Assembly: GCA_963803435.1 (NCBI GenBank)
Contig: CAWDML010000009.1
Location: 736,001 to 800,000, forward strand
Reading direction: 5' to 3'
Length of the DNA stretch: 64,000 nucleotides
Origin: an uncultured delta proteobacterium
GTDB taxonomy: Bacteria; Myxococcota; Kuafuiibacteriia; Kuafuiibacteriales; Kuafuiibacteriaceae
Shown: positions 1-11,391 of the stretch, one piece after another
How the letters are laid out: the number at the start of each line of letters is the position of its first letter
Position numbering within the stretch: the stretch's first letter is position 1
Notes under the pieces: generated by a model
What the model saw: the letters and a program-made list of their open reading frames with translations, nothing else
The model's database searches: none
Told to the model about the DNA's origin: nothing
Position numbers and translations under genes: made by a program

Positions 1-2
1 AG

Positions 3-2180
3 GCCCGCTACCTCCTCGGCATCGGACTGATCCGTCTGGGCGAGTACGAGGAAGCCGCGCGCCTCTTCGACGAGCTGGCCTCGAGCTATCCGGCGCTCCG
101 CGACGATCACCTCTTCTTCCGCGGACAGGCGCTCTACCTGTGGGGCAGCTACCTGGCGGCCGCCGAGGTGCTCGGGCGCGTCAATCCCGAAGGCGCGCGC
201 GGTGAGGAGGCGCGGCGGCTCCGCGCCTGGGCCATGCTGCAGGCCACCGACTTCGAGCACCTGGTGCGCTGGCTCGAGACCGAGAAGGAGACGCGCCCGC
301 TCGAGACCGAGCTGGTCTACGTGCTGGCGCGCGCACGCCATCGAACCGGCGACGTGCTCGGCGCGTACCGCGCGTTCCGCGAGGTCTGGCGCGAGGACAC
401 GAACGAGCTGGCCGGCTCCGCGCTCGCGAACATCGCGCACCTCAAGATCGGCGAGCGGTGGATGATCGGCGACGCCGAGCGGCGCGTGATCCTGGGGCTG
501 GAGACGCGCTTGAAGTCGGGGAAGGACGTCGACAAGGTCTTCGGAGACCTCGAGAAGCGACTCGGACGGACCAGCAATCGAAAGCTCGCCGCCGAGGTCT
601 CCTTCGCGCGGGGGCGCTACGCCGAGGCGCGGCGCCGTTTTCGGACCGCGGAGGGCCACTACAAGAGCGCCGAGTCGACGGCGCCGGTCGAGATGGTCGA
701 GCTGCGCGCGCGCATCGCGCTGTCCCTGGCGCACGTCGAGGAGTGGCTCGGCAAGGAGGCAGTCGCGCTCGAGGTCTACCTGATGATCGCGGAGCGCTTC
801 GCGGATCGGCCCGAAGCGGAGGACGCGCTGATCGCAGCCGCGGAGATCCAGGTGCGCGGCCGGAAGTATCAGGAGGCGCAGGATCTCTGCGAGCGCCTGC
901 TGCTCCAGAACCCGATCTCGCAGTTCCGGCGCCGGTGTCTGTGGACCGTGGGATGGGCCCACTTCCGCCTGGGTCAGTACGAGCGCGCTGCGGAGTTCTT
1001 CCGATCTCTGTCGAAGATGGACCTCGACGTCGAGCTCGACGGCGCCTCCCGATACTGGCTGGCCCGCACCGACACCACGCTCGGACACGTCGAGGCCGCG
1101 AGCGAGGGCTACCAGAAGATCATCGAGCGTTATCCGCTCAGCTACTACGCGGCGCTCTCCGAGGAGCAGCTGACCGAGGCGATCCGCCCGGCGCAGGTGA
1201 AGAAGACGAGCGCCGCGTCAGAGCCCGCCGAGGATCTACCGCCGCAGCTGGTACAGGTGCGCGAGTACGTGCGCCTCGGGCTGCGCGATCGGGCGCGCAC
1301 GGCCCTGATGGCGTTCGAGCGGGCGGAGCAGAAGAAGGAGAGCAAGATCGCGCGGCCCGTCTACTACGCGATGGCGCACCTGTACGAGGAGCTCAACCAT
1401 CCCCTCGACGCGCGCCGGATCCGTGAGGAGTGCAGCCAGGTCTATCCGACCTCGCTCGGTGACGAGGCGTTCGTCGAGGCGGCGATGAACGCGCATCCGC
1501 TGAAGTTCGAGGAGCCGATCCGGAAGTTCGCCGAGGAGTTCAACATCCCCGAGTCGCTCCTGTTCGCGCTGATCCGCACCGAGAGCGGCTTCCGTCCCAA
1601 CGCCGTCTCCAACATGAACGCGTACGGCCTGGCGCAGCTCATCCTGCCCACGGCGCGGACGATGTCGACCCGACTGCGCGCCGGACGGGCCACGCCGGCG
1701 CGCCTGCTCTCGAGCCCGGACTACAACGTCCGCCTGGGAGCCGCGTATCTGCGCGATCTGATCGATCATTACCAGGGCAGCGAGGTGCTCGCGCTGGCGG
1801 CGTACAACGCGGGCCCGGCCGCAGTGGACGCATGGACGCGGCGACGCCTGCGCGCGCTGGCCGGGGTGAAGGGGCGGGGGATCGGGCTCCAGCCGGCGCC
1901 TGACGAGCTCGCCGAGGAGATCCCGGTGGCCGAGACGCGCCGCTACGTGAAGATCGTGTTGGCGCGCGCCCGGAGCTATGCGCGCCTCTACTCCCATCCC
2001 TCTGAGCCCTCGGTGACGCCGCCCCTCGACGTCATCGCGGCGGCCTACGCGGAGCCCGTCGATCTACCGGCGACCCCGCGGCGCGTTCCCGACACGCCGG
2101 TGGGGTCCGACGTCTGGGGCCGGAGCTACGTCGGGCCCGCCGAGGAGGCCGCGCTCTACGAGCGGCCGCTGGTGCCATGA
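3..2180 (+). CDS. TPR-repeat soluble lytic transglycosylase (SLT domain); 5' end lies outside the window
   Basis: Frame is open from base 3 (ARYLLGIGLIRLGEYEEAARLF...). TPR-like helices are followed by SLT motifs ALIRTESGF, AYGLAQL and ALAAYNAG. Confidence 0.9.
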   Translation, partial: ARYLLGIGLIRLGEYEEAARLFDELASSYPALRDDHLFFRGQALYLWGSYLAAAEVLGRVNPEGARGEEARRLRAWAMLQATDFEHLVRWLETEKETRPLETELVYVLARARHRTGDVLGAYRAFREVWREDTNELAGSALANIAHLKIGERWMIGDAERRVILGLETRLKSGKDVDKVFGDLEKRLGRTSNRKLAAEVSFARGRYAEARRRFRTAEGHYKSAESTAPVEMVELRARIALSLAHVEEWLGKEAVALEVYLMIAERFADRPEAEDALIAAAEIQVRGRKYQEAQDLCERLLLQNPISQFRRRCLWTVGWAHFRLGQYERAAEFFRSLSKMDLDVELDGASRYWLARTDTTLGHVEAASEGYQKIIERYPLSYYAALSEEQLTEAIRPAQVKKTSAASEPAEDLPPQLVQVREYVRLGLRDRARTALMAFERAEQKKESKIARPVYYAMAHLYEELNHPLDARRIREECSQVYPTSLGDEAFVEAAMNAHPLKFEEPIRKFAEEFNIPESLLFALIRTESGFRPNAVSNMNAYGLAQLILPTARTMSTRLRAGRATPARLLSSPDYNVRLGAAYLRDLIDHYQGSEVLALAAYNAGPAAVDAWTRRRLRALAGVKGRGIGLQPAPDELAEEIPVAETRRYVKIVLARARSYARLYSHPSEPSVTPPLDVIAAAYAEPVDLPATPRRVPDTPVGSDVWGRSYVGPAEEAALYERPLVP

Positions 2181-2992
2181 TGCTCTGGCTCGCCCTCTTG
2201 CTCCCGCCGATGGTCGCGTCGGCTCCCGAGAGGCTCGCGATCCTCCCGGCGACCGTCGAGGGTCCGTACGGCGCGGCCGCCACCGCGGCGCTGTTCGAGG
2301 TGGTCTCGAAGGCCGCCGACTTCCACCAGGGCCTCGAGCTGGTCCCCTACAACGCGCTCTTCGTCGACGGTGTCGAGCCCATCGCCACCATCGTCCGCGA
2401 CTGCGGCTCGGACACGCACTGCATCGCTCGCGCGCTGCGACTGGCGCGGATCGACCTCGGGCTCCGCGTGATCGCGAACTTCGCCCTCGATCCGCCACTG
2501 ATCACGCTGAACCTGATCGGGTCGGCGGACGAGCGCGTGATCGGAGAGTCGGTCGTGGAGCTCGAGGATCGCTCGATCGCAGAGGTGGTGGCCGGCGCCA
2601 CGGAGCGGCTGCTCGACAGCGGATCGTTCGCCCCTGGGGGCCGCCTGATGGTCGACGTGGAGCCGCTCGACGCCGCGGTCGAGGTTCAGCCGCCGGCGGC
2701 GGCGAACACCGTGATCGCGCCGGGCCGCTACCGCGTACGGGCGGCGAAGGACGGCTATCTGGAGCGCGCGGTGGACGTGGAGCTCGCCGCCGGCGCGGAA
2801 GAACGCGTGCGGCTCGCGCTCGAACCGGTGCCGGCGCCCTCGCTGGTCGAGTCGCCGTGGCTGTGGACCGGCGTCGGCGTGGGCGTGGCGGTGATCGGCG
2901 CGGTGGCGGCCGTCCTCATCGTGACGAAGCCGTTCGCGAAGGCGCCCTCCGACGGCGATCTCTGCATCGCGACGAGGGCGGGCGGCTGCTAG
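2177..2992 (+). CDS. Secreted/membrane-anchored PEGA-like domain protein
   Basis: Hydrophobic N-terminus, PEGA-like segment (PGRYRVRAAKDGY) and C-terminal TM helix (SPWLWTGVGVGVAVIGAV). ATGA overlap with the upstream gene. Confidence 0.7.
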   Translation: MMLWLALLLPPMVASAPERLAILPATVEGPYGAAATAALFEVVSKAADFHQGLELVPYNALFVDGVEPIATIVRDCGSDTHCIARALRLARIDLGLRVIANFALDPPLITLNLIGSADERVIGESVVELEDRSIAEVVAGATERLLDSGSFAPGGRLMVDVEPLDAAVEVQPPAAANTVIAPGRYRVRAAKDGYLERAVDVELAAGAEERVRLALEPVPAPSLVESPWLWTGVGVGVAVIGAVAAVLIVTKPFAKAPSDGDLCIATRAGGC

Positions 2993-3022
2993 GACCGAGA
3001 TCCCGGAGTCGCGGAGGCTCCG

Positions 3023-4596
3023 TCAGTCGCCCTCGAGCGCGCGGAGCTCCGCCTCCAGCTCGGCGAGCACGCTCGCATTGATCTCGGAGGCGCTCGCCTC
3101 CTGCGCCGCCTTCGCCAGCAGCCCGTTCACGCGGTGGAGCTCCGGTCCGCCCGCCAGCCTCTTCCTCAGGGCCCGCGCCCGCGTCATGACCGCGAGGAGC
3201 CGGTCGCGGTCCGAGGTATCGATCGGGCGGGGGCGCGGCGCCGCTCGGGATCATCGACCTTGGCGATCCGCCTGACCGGACGCACGGTGCGGGGGCTCTC
3301 CGCAGGCTTCGGGGCCTCCGGCTCGGGCGGAGGCTCGGGCTGGACCACCGGCTCGATCGCAGGGACCGCCACCGCGGACGTTGGCTCGGCCCTGCGGGCG
3401 GCGAGGGGCTGGGCCCCGCGATCGCCGAGGAGGATCGCGCCGCCACCGAGACCCACCAGGAGGGTCAGCGTCATCAGCGCCAGCACGCCCCACAGCGGAA
3501 CGCCGCGGGCGCGCGGGGGCGGGACCGAATAGCTGCTGTAGACGGGGGTCGCGAGGGCCATCGGCGTCGGCGTGGGCGTGGGCGCCGCCGCGACGGGCAC
3601 CGAGATGATCTCGATCGCCTGGACCCGATCCGCCGGCGTCACCGAGAGCAGCTTGGTGACCTCGGTCTTCGACTGCGCCAGCTCCCCGAACAGCATCTCC
3701 CCCACGATCGTGGCGAGGGGCGCCTCCTCCTCCCGCGCCGGGACGGCCTCATCGAGCGCGGCGATGAGCTCGGCGGCCGTCTGGAAGCGCTGGGACGGAT
3801 CGATCTTGAGCGCCTTCTCGCAGATGGCGTCCAGGGCGGCGGGGATGTCGCTGCGGTGCTGCGACGGCGGGGTGAAGATCGGCTTCACCTGCGCGCGGAG
3901 CATGATCGGTATGGGCGCGCGCTTGATGAACCGCTTCAGCGTGAGGAACTCCCACAGCACGATCCCCATCGCGAACAGATCGCTCCGCTGGTCCACGCCC
4001 TCCGCGACCACCTGCTCGGGCGCCATGTATCCGGGCGATCCCATCACCACCCCGGTGCCGGTTCGCCAGTCCTGGAGGTTCGACTTTCCCAGCCCGAGAT
4101 CGATCAGCCGGGTGACGCCGTCCTCGCCGATCATCAGGTTCTTGGGGGCGATGTCGCGGTGGATGATGCCGAGCGCCTCCTGCGTGCCCGGGTGGCGCGC
4201 CGAGTGGAGCGCGGCGAGCCCCGCCAGCCCGCCGCGAACGACGTCGACGACCGAGCCGATCGAAGCGCTCCCTCCGGCCTCCAGGAGATCCTTCATGACG
4301 CGGGCGACCGTCCAGCCGGCGAGATACTCCATGGTGATGTAGAAGGTGTCCTCGACGCGCCCGGCGTCGTAGACCTTGGCCACGTGTGGGCTGTCGATCG
4401 CGATCGCGATCTCGGCCTCGTGGTGGAATCGCTTCACGAACTCGGTCTGCGACGCGAGCTGGCCGTGCAGGCGCTTGATCACCACCGGAGAAGGCAGGTC
4501 ACCTTGCGGCCGAGCCAGGAACACGTCACCGGTGCCGCCGGTCCCGAGGGACTTGAGCAGCGTGTAGGGGCCGAACGGCCGTGGCAGATCGGCCAC
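3023..4596 (-). CDS. Membrane-anchored Hanks-type Ser/Thr protein kinase; apparent frameshift near 3220-3256, true stop probably at 3023
   Basis: Motifs LGTGGTGDV, VVIK, HRDIAPKN, DLG, GSPGYMAPE and a TM helix. The ORF track stops at 3184, but another frame continues as a natural helical C-terminus (DRLLAVMTRARALRKRL...LRALEGD*) to TGA at 3023-3025. Confidence 0.88.
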
Positions 4597-4620
4597 GCGG
4601 CGGGAGCATAGCAGAAAACG

Positions 4621-6027
4621 CTAAGGCGTCAGACGCTCCATCATGCGCGGGAAGGGAATCGTCTCCCGCACGTGGTGGAGACCGCAGATCCAGGCGACGC
4701 ACCGCTCCAAACCCATGCCGAAGCCCGCGTGCGGCACGGTGCCGTAGCGGCGGAGATCCGTGAACCACCCGAACGCCTCTCGTGGGAGCTGGTGCTCATC
4801 GATCCGACCGAGCAACACGTCGAGGTCGTCCTCGCGCTGACCGCCGCCGATGATCTCGCCGTAGCCCTCGGGCGCCAGCACGTCGACCGCCATCGCGCGC
4901 GTGTCGTCCTCTGCGTCGCGCTTCATGTAGAACGCCTTCACCGGCGCCGGGTAGCGGTGGACCATCACCGGCCGATCGAACATGCGCGAGAGGATCGTCT
5001 CCTCCTCGCCGCCGAAGTCGTCGTCGACGCGGGCCAGGCGCCCGGACGGCTGGGCCTTGGGCTCCTCGGTCTCCTCGGTGCCTTCGCCGGAGGCCCGGTT
5101 CTCGCTCCCCGCCGGGAGGGCGTTCGCGGTGCCGTCTTCGATCGCCCGGTTGATCATCGCGACCGCGTCCTTGTGCGCGATCCGAGGGAACGGCTTCTTC
5201 ACGTTCTCGAGCACCGCGACGTTCCGGCCGATGCGCTCGAGGTCCGTGCGATGCTTCTCGAGCGTGGTCGCGACCACGGAGCAGAGGAAGTCCTCGGCGA
5301 GGTCCATGTCGCCTTCGAAATCCAGGTACGCGACCTCGGGCTCCACCATCCAGAACTCGGTCAGGTGACGCCTCGTCTTCGACTTCTCGGCGCGGAACGT
5401 CGGACCGAAGCAGTACGACTTGCCGTGCGCCATGCAGGCCGCCTCCTGGTAGAGCTGCCCCGACTGCGTGAGGTATGCGGTCTCTTCGAAGTACGGCACC
5501 TCGAACAGCGTCGACGTCCCCTCGCACGGGTTCGGGGTGAAGATCGGCGAGTCCACCAGCACGAAGCCGTGCGAGTCGAAGTAGTCTCTGATCGCCTTGG
5601 CGACCGTATGGCGGATGCGGAGGATGGTGTGCTGGCGTGAGGAGCGCAGCCAGAGGTGGCGATGGTCCATCAGGAAGGCCACGCCGTGCTCCTTGGGGCT
5701 GATCGGGTACTCTTGGGCCTGGCTCACCAACTCCAGCCCGTTCGCGTGGAGCTCGAAGCCCAGCGGGGAGCGGGCGTCGCGGCTCACCTTGCCGCGCACG
5801 ATCACGGCCGACTCCTGGGACAGATGCTTCGCCGCCTCGAAGGTCTGCTCGTCGACGTCCTTCTTGCCCATGACGCACTGGAGGGTCGCAGTCCCGTCGC
5901 GCACCTGGAGGAAGTGCAGCTTGCCGGATGACCGCTTGTTGTACAGCCAGCCCCGGAGCTCGACCTCTTGGCCTTCGAGCCGGTCGAGGTCACTGGCGAT
6001 CTCGGTGATGCGCAGATACGGTGCCAT
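4621..6027 (-). CDS. asnS: Asparagine--tRNA ligase
   Basis: N-terminal OB fold ([22 protein letters not shown]), [41 protein letters not shown]. Confidence 0.95.
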   Translation of the reverse strand: MAPYLRITEIASDLDRLEGQEVELRGWLYNKRSSGKLHFLQVRDGTATLQCVMGKKDVDEQTFEAAKHLSQESAVIVRGKVSRDARSPLGFELHANGLELVSQAQEYPISPKEHGVAFLMDHRHLWLRSSRQHTILRIRHTVAKAIRDYFDSHGFVLVDSPIFTPNPCEGTSTLFEVPYFEETAYLTQSGQLYQEAACMAHGKSYCFGPTFRAEKSKTRRHLTEFWMVEPEVAYLDFEGDMDLAEDFLCSVVATTLEKHRTDLERIGRNVAVLENVKKPFPRIAHKDAVAMINRAIEDGTANALPAGSENRASGEGTEETEEPKAQPSGRLARVDDDFGGEEETILSRMFDRPVMVHRYPAPVKAFYMKRDAEDDTRAMAVDVLAPEGYGEIIGGGQREDDLDVLLGRIDEHQLPREAFGWFTDLRRYGTVPHAGFGMGLERCVAWICGLHHVRETIPFPRMMERLTP

Positions 6028-6078
6028 GGGCCGGGATCCATGGCGCGTCGGACGGGCGGAGGCAAGAGAGCTGAGCGG

Positions 6079-6543
6079 CTAACGCAGCTTCCCGAGGAGC
6101 TCCGAGGAGGAGTGATGCTTCGGATCGCCGCAGATGGCCACGCGGCCTCCGTAGGCCATCACGATCGCGCGCTCGGGGACGGTCTCTTCGGTGTAGTCCG
6201 TCCCCTTGGCGTGGACGTCCGGCCGGAGCGCGAGGAGCACGCGCTCGACGTTCGGCTCGTCGAAGATCAGCACGTGGTCCACGCAGGCGAGGGCGGCCAC
6301 GATCTCGGCCCGCTCCGCCTCCGGGATCACCGGCCGGCCGGGGCCCTTGTAGGCCCGCGTGGAGGCGTCGGAGTTCACCGCCACCACCAGCACGTCGGCG
6401 AGCTGGGCGGCCCCCTCGAGGTAGCGGAGGTGACCCACGTGGAAGAGATCGAAGACGCCGTTGGCGAGCGCGATCTCCCCCTTCGGTCGCGCAGCGACGA
6501 GCCGCTCGAGCGTGGTGAGCGTGTGCGGCGTCGTGCCCTTCAC
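6079..6543 (-). CDS. rfaE2: D-glycero-beta-D-manno-heptose 1-phosphate adenylyltransferase (RfaE domain II / HldC-like)
   Basis: [38 protein letters not shown] start overlaps the stop of the kinase gene (GTGA). Confidence 0.85.
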   Translation of the reverse strand: MKGTTPHTLTTLERLVAARPKGEIALANGVFDLFHVGHLRYLEGAAQLADVLVVAVNSDASTRAYKGPGRPVIPEAERAEIVAALACVDHVLIFDEPNVERVLLALRPDVHAKGTDYTEETVPERAIVMAYGGRVAICGDPKHHSSSELLGKLR

Positions 6544-7529
6544 GCGGAGTCTCCGAGCGCCTCGATCAGCTCGTCGGGCGCACAGGTGGCGGCGCCGATC
6601 TGGCGCACCACGATCGACGCGGCGCAGTTGGCGAGCGCAGCGGCGTCGAGCACCTCCGCGCCCGCGGCGAGGGCGAGCGCGAACACCGCGGCCACCGTAT
6701 CGCCGGCCCCGGTGACGTCGACCGCCTCGTGGCCGCCGAACGCTGGCAGCAGCACCGGCACCTTCCCGCGCTCCGCGATCGCCATCCCCTCCCGCCCGCG
6801 CGTGAGCAGCGTCGCGGAGAGCTGGAGCTCCTCGCAGAGCTGGACCGCCGCCGCGGCCGCGCGCTCGGCCGAGGACAGCCGGGTGTTCAGCGCAGCCTCG
6901 GCCTCGGGCTCGTTCGGCACCACCGCCGTGACACCCGAGTACGAGCGGAGCGCGTAGCGGCTGTCGACGATCACGATCTTGCCGGCGGCGGCAGCGGCCT
7001 GGGCCACTTCGATCCAGATCGGCGTGAGCGAGCCGTCCCCGTAGTCGGAGACGATCAGCGCGTCGATCCCATCGAACGCGGCGAGCGCAGCCGCCCGCAC
7101 GCGCTCGGCGTCCTCGGGATCGAGCGAGGCGTAGGGCTCGCGATCGATTCGCAGCATCTGCTGCTTGCGCGTGTGGAGACCGCCGGCCAGCACGCGGGTC
7201 TTGGTGACCGTCCACCCGTGACGGCGGGGGAGCAGCTCCGCGGCGTCGATCCCGCGCGCGGTGGCGAGGCCGCGGAGGGTGCGGCCGTCCTCGTCGTCGC
7301 CGATCAGCCCGATCAACGAGGCCCGCGCCCCCAGCGCGGCCAGGTTGGCGGCGGTGTTGGCAGCGCCCCCCAGGCGGCCCTCTCGGGACTCTTCCTTGAC
7401 GATCAGCACCGGCGCTTCGCGGCTGATCCGATCGGAGGATCCATACAGATAGACGTCGAGGACCGGATCGCCGGCGACGGCGACGCGCCGCCCGGCCATC
7501 GCCTTGACCCGCTCACCGAGCCGCATCAT
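6540..7529 (-). CDS. rfaE1: D-glycero-beta-D-manno-heptose-7-phosphate kinase (RfaE domain I / HldA, PfkB family)
   Basis: [34 protein letters not shown]. Paired with rfaE2. Confidence 0.88.
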   Translation of the reverse strand: MMRLGERVKAMAGRRVAVAGDPVLDVYLYGSSDRISREAPVLIVKEESREGRLGGAANTAANLAALGARASLIGLIGDDEDGRTLRGLATARGIDAAELLPRRHGWTVTKTRVLAGGLHTRKQQMLRIDREPYASLDPEDAERVRAAALAAFDGIDALIVSDYGDGSLTPIWIEVAQAAAAAGKIVIVDSRYALRSYSGVTAVVPNEPEAEAALNTRLSSAERAAAAAVQLCEELQLSATLLTRGREGMAIAERGKVPVLLPAFGGHEAVDVTGAGDTVAAVFALALAAGAEVLDAAALANCAASIVVRQIGAATCAPDELIEALGDSA

Positions 7530-7573
7530 CCGGGAGACTTCCCTTCGCGAGGGACGGGTGTCAACGTGACGGC

Positions 7574-8341
7574 GTGCGGAGAGCGCTCCAGGCGACCGTG
7601 CTCGCGGCCTTCGCGTGCAGCTCCCCCGGCGTCGAGCCGGCCGACGCCGGCGACCGCGACGACCGCGGCCTGGCCAGGGACGGCGGCGATCCCGAAGACG
7701 TCGGCCCGATCGATGGCGGCACCGAGGACGACTTCGCGCGGATCTCGGACGACTTCGAGTCCGGCAGCCTCGATCCGAAGTGGCACGTGCATAGGCCCGA
7801 CGTCGCCGCCGTGCGCGTCGAGTCCGGGCAGCTCGCCCTGACGATGCAAGCGGAGGCGCTCTGGTTTCAGGATCAGGACTCGGTCCTGGTCTTTCAAGAG
7901 ATCACGGGCGACTTCGCGGTGGAGGCCGCGGTGCACGCCGAGAGCACGCAATCACCCGGCTCGCCCCCGAACCGCATGGTGCATCTCGGCGGATTGATGG
8001 CGAGGGACGGCGAGAGCAGCACCGAGAACTACGTCTTCGTGGTGGTCGGCTTCGACGAGGACGACCTCTCGGTGGAGACCAAGAGCACCACGGACGGCCA
8101 CAGCGATTACTTCGGACCCGCCTGGGGGAGCGGCGCCGCCGAGCTCAGGCTCTGCCGCAACGGCGCCCAGTTCCGCCTCTTCAAGCGCCCGATCGGCGGT
8201 GCCTCGTGGGAGCTGGCGGCCACCTACCCGCGCCCCGACCTCCCGCGCACGCTCCAGGTGGGCGCCAACGCCTACGCGTTCGGCACGCCCGATCTCACCG
8301 TCCGCTTCGACGCCGTCGTCTTCTCCACGGCCTGCCCGTAG
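7574..8341 (+). CDS. Putative lipoprotein with ConA-like/DUF1349-type beta-sandwich domain
   Basis: Lipobox-like LAAFAC, acidic linker, then SDDFESGSLDPKW and GDFAVEAAV ... GGLMARD pattern typical of lectin-like folds. Confidence 0.6.
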   Translation: MRRALQATVLAAFACSSPGVEPADAGDRDDRGLARDGGDPEDVGPIDGGTEDDFARISDDFESGSLDPKWHVHRPDVAAVRVESGQLALTMQAEALWFQDQDSVLVFQEITGDFAVEAAVHAESTQSPGSPPNRMVHLGGLMARDGESSTENYVFVVVGFDEDDLSVETKSTTDGHSDYFGPAWGSGAAELRLCRNGAQFRLFKRPIGGASWELAATYPRPDLPRTLQVGANAYAFGTPDLTVRFDAVVFSTACP

Positions 8342-8432
8342 AACCTGCGCAGGGCGAGAGCCGGGCTTCCACCCTGCCGGCGGAGCATTCGGCCGTTGAG
8401 GCCCGCCGATCCGCCTGCTGAGATGGCGCTCG

Positions 8433-9392
8433 GTGGAGCGGGCGCTCGTCATTCGCATGTCGGCCCTGGGCGACGTCGTGCTCACCGAGCCGGTGGTCCG
8501 TGCGCTTCGCCGCGCGCATCCCGGGATCCGGGTCGACCTGGTGACCGACCAGCGCTACGCCGCCCTCATGGAGCGCGCCGGGTACGATCGCGTGATCCCC
8601 ATCGACAAGCGCCGGCCGCAGCCCATCGACGCGCGCTACGATCTGGTGGTCGACCTGCAAGGCAAGCTGCGAACCCGGGCGCTGGCCCGTCGCGTCGACG
8701 CCGCGCGAAAGCTGACCCTCCGCAAGCGCTCGGCGGCCCGCGCGGTCCTCTCGCTGCTCGGTCACGACCCGCCGATCCGCGATCGCCACAGCACCGAGCT
8801 CTACCTGGGCTTGCTCGAGCTCCCGGCGCCGCCGCTCGAGCGCGCACCTCGTCTCGAGCGCCGCGCCGCCCCCGAGTCCACCGTGATCGGCCTGGCGCCG
8901 GGCGCCACGCACGCCACCAAGCGCTGGCTCCCCGAGCGCTTCGCGGAGGTCGCCGACCGTCTGCAAGACAGCCTGCATGAGGCCCGATTCATCCCGATCG
9001 GCGGCCCCTCCGATCAGCCCCTCCTCTCCGAGATGATCGCCGCCTCCCGGAGCGCACGCTTCGAGCCCGACACCACCTCGCTCGACGTCACCGATCTCAC
9101 CGCGAGGCTCGAACGCCTCTCGCTCCTGATCTCCGTCGACACCGGCCCGGCCCACATCGCCGCGGCCCTGGGCGTCCCGGTGGTCGTGCTCTTCGGTCCC
9201 ACCTCGCCCGTCCGCTGGGGCCCGATCGGCGACCAGCACCGCGCCCTCTCGCTCGATCTCTCGTGCGCGCCCTGCAGCAACACGGGCGGCCCCGCATGTC
9301 CGCTCCCGGGGCGCCCGCACGCCTGCCTGCGAGACCTCGACGTGGACCGGGTGCACGCCGCCGCGCTCTCTGCGCTGGGGGCGCCCGCGTGA
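8433..9392 (+). CDS. Glycosyltransferase family 9 (LPS heptosyltransferase-like)
   Basis: IRMSALGDVVL, YDLVVDLQ, APGA...KRW, SVDTGPAHIAAALGVPVVVLFGPT. Confidence 0.9.
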   Translation: MERALVIRMSALGDVVLTEPVVRALRRAHPGIRVDLVTDQRYAALMERAGYDRVIPIDKRRPQPIDARYDLVVDLQGKLRTRALARRVDAARKLTLRKRSAARAVLSLLGHDPPIRDRHSTELYLGLLELPAPPLERAPRLERRAAPESTVIGLAPGATHATKRWLPERFAEVADRLQDSLHEARFIPIGGPSDQPLLSEMIAASRSARFEPDTTSLDVTDLTARLERLSLLISVDTGPAHIAAALGVPVVVLFGPTSPVRWGPIGDQHRALSLDLSCAPCSNTGGPACPLPGRPHACLRDLDVDRVHAAALSALGAPA

Positions 9393-10399
9393 ACCCGTTC
9401 GAGAAGCCGTCGCCGTGGATGCGTCCGATCCTCAACGTCGGCGAGACGCTCTACGGGGCCGCCGTCGCCCTGCGCCGGGCCGCGTATGGCGCCGGAATTC
9501 TGGTCGGAAAGCGCGCGCCCCGACCCGTCATCAGCGTGGGCAACCTGGCGGTCGGCGGCACCGGCAAGACCCCATTCGTGATCCTTCTCGCCGACCACCT
9601 CGCGCGGTTGAACGTCCGCGTGGCCGTCCTCTCGCGGGGCTACGGACGAAGGGACGAGACCGACCTGGTGGTCGTCTCCGAGGGCGACGGCCCGCGCGTG
9701 ACCGCCGAGCACGCCGGCGACGAGCCCATTCTGATCGCCGAGCGCACGCAGGCGATCGTCATCGTCTGCGCCGACCGGCTCCGTGCCGCCGAGATCGCGA
9801 CCCACGACTACGCCGCGCAGGTCCTCCTGCTCGACGACGGCTTCCAGCACTGGCGCCTCGCCCGCGATCTCGACGTGGTCCTGCTCGATCGCGCAGCCCC
9901 GCTCGCCAACGGACGCCTCCTCCCCCGCGGCCCGCTCCGCGAGCCCGCCCACTCGCTCGGGCGCGCTGATCTCCTGGTCCTGGTGGGGGAGGGCGCCGAA
10001 GCCCCGCGCGTCCTCCCGGATCGCCCGACCGTCGAGGTCGAGGTGGTCCCCACCGCCCTCCGGATCCGAGGAGAGGACCGCGCGCCGCAGACGATCGCGG
10101 GGACGCGAGTAGCGCTCTTGTCCGGCATCGCGCGGCCCGAGCGGTTCCGCCGCACCGTCGAGCAGCTGGGCGCCGTCGTGGTCCACGAGGAGCGCCGCCC
10201 CGATCACGCCGCCCTCGACGACCTCGACGCGTTTCGTCGCGCCGCCGCCGCCGCCGGGGCCGAGCTCTCGCTGATCACCGAGAAGGACGCCGCCCGGCTC
10301 GTCCGGCGCCCCGATGATCTGGCGGTGCTCGCGGTCGAGCACCGGATCGTCCGCGGTGACGAGCTCCTGGAGCGCGCGCTCCGCCAGGTGCTCGCGTGA
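9389..10399 (+). CDS. lpxK: Tetraacyldisaccharide 4'-kinase
   Basis: PVISVGNLAVGGTGKTP, LSRGYG, GDEP, LLDDGFQH, LLPRGPLRE, TEKD. GTGA-coupled start at 9389. Confidence 0.93.
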   Translation: MNPFEKPSPWMRPILNVGETLYGAAVALRRAAYGAGILVGKRAPRPVISVGNLAVGGTGKTPFVILLADHLARLNVRVAVLSRGYGRRDETDLVVVSEGDGPRVTAEHAGDEPILIAERTQAIVIVCADRLRAAEIATHDYAAQVLLLDDGFQHWRLARDLDVVLLDRAAPLANGRLLPRGPLREPAHSLGRADLLVLVGEGAEAPRVLPDRPTVEVEVVPTALRIRGEDRAPQTIAGTRVALLSGIARPERFRRTVEQLGAVVVHEERRPDHAALDDLDAFRRAAAAAGAELSLITEKDAARLVRRPDDLAVLAVEHRIVRGDELLERALRQVLA

Positions 10400-11391
10400 A
10401 CGCGATCCTGACCGCGTTCTCGTTCCTCTTCGGCCTGCTCCCCGAACGCGCGATCGTCGTCATCTCGCGCGGCCTCGGCTGGCTCTGGTTCGCCGTGCTT
10501 CGCTACCGGCGCGCCGTCATGCTCGACAACCTCCGGCGCGCCTTCCCCTCCCTGGACGAGCGCGCCCGCCGCCGCCTCGGTCTCGCGGCCTGCCGCCACC
10601 TGGCCCTCACGCTCCTCGAGTTCATCCGCATCCCGCGCTACCAGGCGCAGGGACTCGAGTCTGTGGTCCGCTTCGACGGCCTCGAGCGGTTCGAGGAGGC
10701 CCGCGCCAAGGGGAAGGGCGTGCTCTGCCTCTCCGGCCACCTGGGCTCCTTCGAGCTCTGCGTCGCGGCCGTCGCCCGGCAGGCCCGACCCGTGAACCTG
10801 GTGGTCAAGCCGTTCCCCGGCGGCGTCGATCGCTTCGTCAACCGCCTGCGCAAGGCGGCCGACCTCGGCGTGATCTACGCCGACGGCGCGCTCCGTCCCG
10901 TCATCAAGGCGCTCAAGAACAACGAGTCGGTCGTTTTCGTCCTCGATCAGAACGCGACCCGCCGCATCGGCGTGTTCGTCGACTTCTTCGGCGAGCCCGC
11001 CTGCACCATGGCGGCGCTCGCCACGCTCGCGGTCCGCACGGGCGCCGCGGTCATCGCCGCCACGCCCTACCGCGACGCCGGCGGCCGCCATGTCCTCCAG
11101 GTGCACCCCGAGATCCCGCTCGAGCCCCGCGCGACCCGCGAGGAGACGATCGTCCACATGACCCAGGTCTACACGCGCTTCCTCGAGGACGCGATCCGCC
11201 GCCACCCCGAACAATGGTTCTGGACCCACAAGCGCTGGCGCACGCGACCGATCAGTACTCCAGCGTCTTCGGCGGAGGACGCTGGATCGCGAACACCTGA
11301 TCCTCCGCCACCCGCACGTCCTCTCGGAATCGCCGATACTCCGGATAGCTCCTCGGTCCCACCTCGATCGCCGTCCGGGTCTCAGTCCTGA
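10396..11391 (+). CDS. Lipid A late acyltransferase (LpxL/HtrB family)
   Basis: HLGSFE catalytic HX4E motif, VLDQ, VDFFGEPA, HPEQWFWTHKRW. The low-complexity tail overlaps the convergent gene and may not be real. Confidence 0.88.
   Translation: MNAILTAFSFLFGLLPERAIVVISRGLGWLWFAVLRYRRAVMLDNLRRAFPSLDERARRRLGLAACRHLALTLLEFIRIPRYQAQGLESVVRFDGLERFEEARAKGKGVLCLSGHLGSFELCVAAVARQARPVNLVVKPFPGGVDRFVNRLRKAADLGVIYADGALRPVIKALKNNESVVFVLDQNATRRIGVFVDFFGEPACTMAALATLAVRTGAAVIAATPYRDAGGRHVLQVHPEIPLEPRATREETIVHMTQVYTRFLEDAIRRHPEQWFWTHKRWRTRPISTPASSAEDAGSRTPDPPPPARPLGIADTPDSSSVPPRSPSGSQS

Noticed and set aside
11252-11391. 140-bp convergent overlap between the lipid A acyltransferase and the DUF3857 gene
   Set aside because: The acyltransferase tail is low-complexity read-through after the conserved WRTRP end. 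It is probably a lost stop or an indel beside GATC, not a functional overlap.
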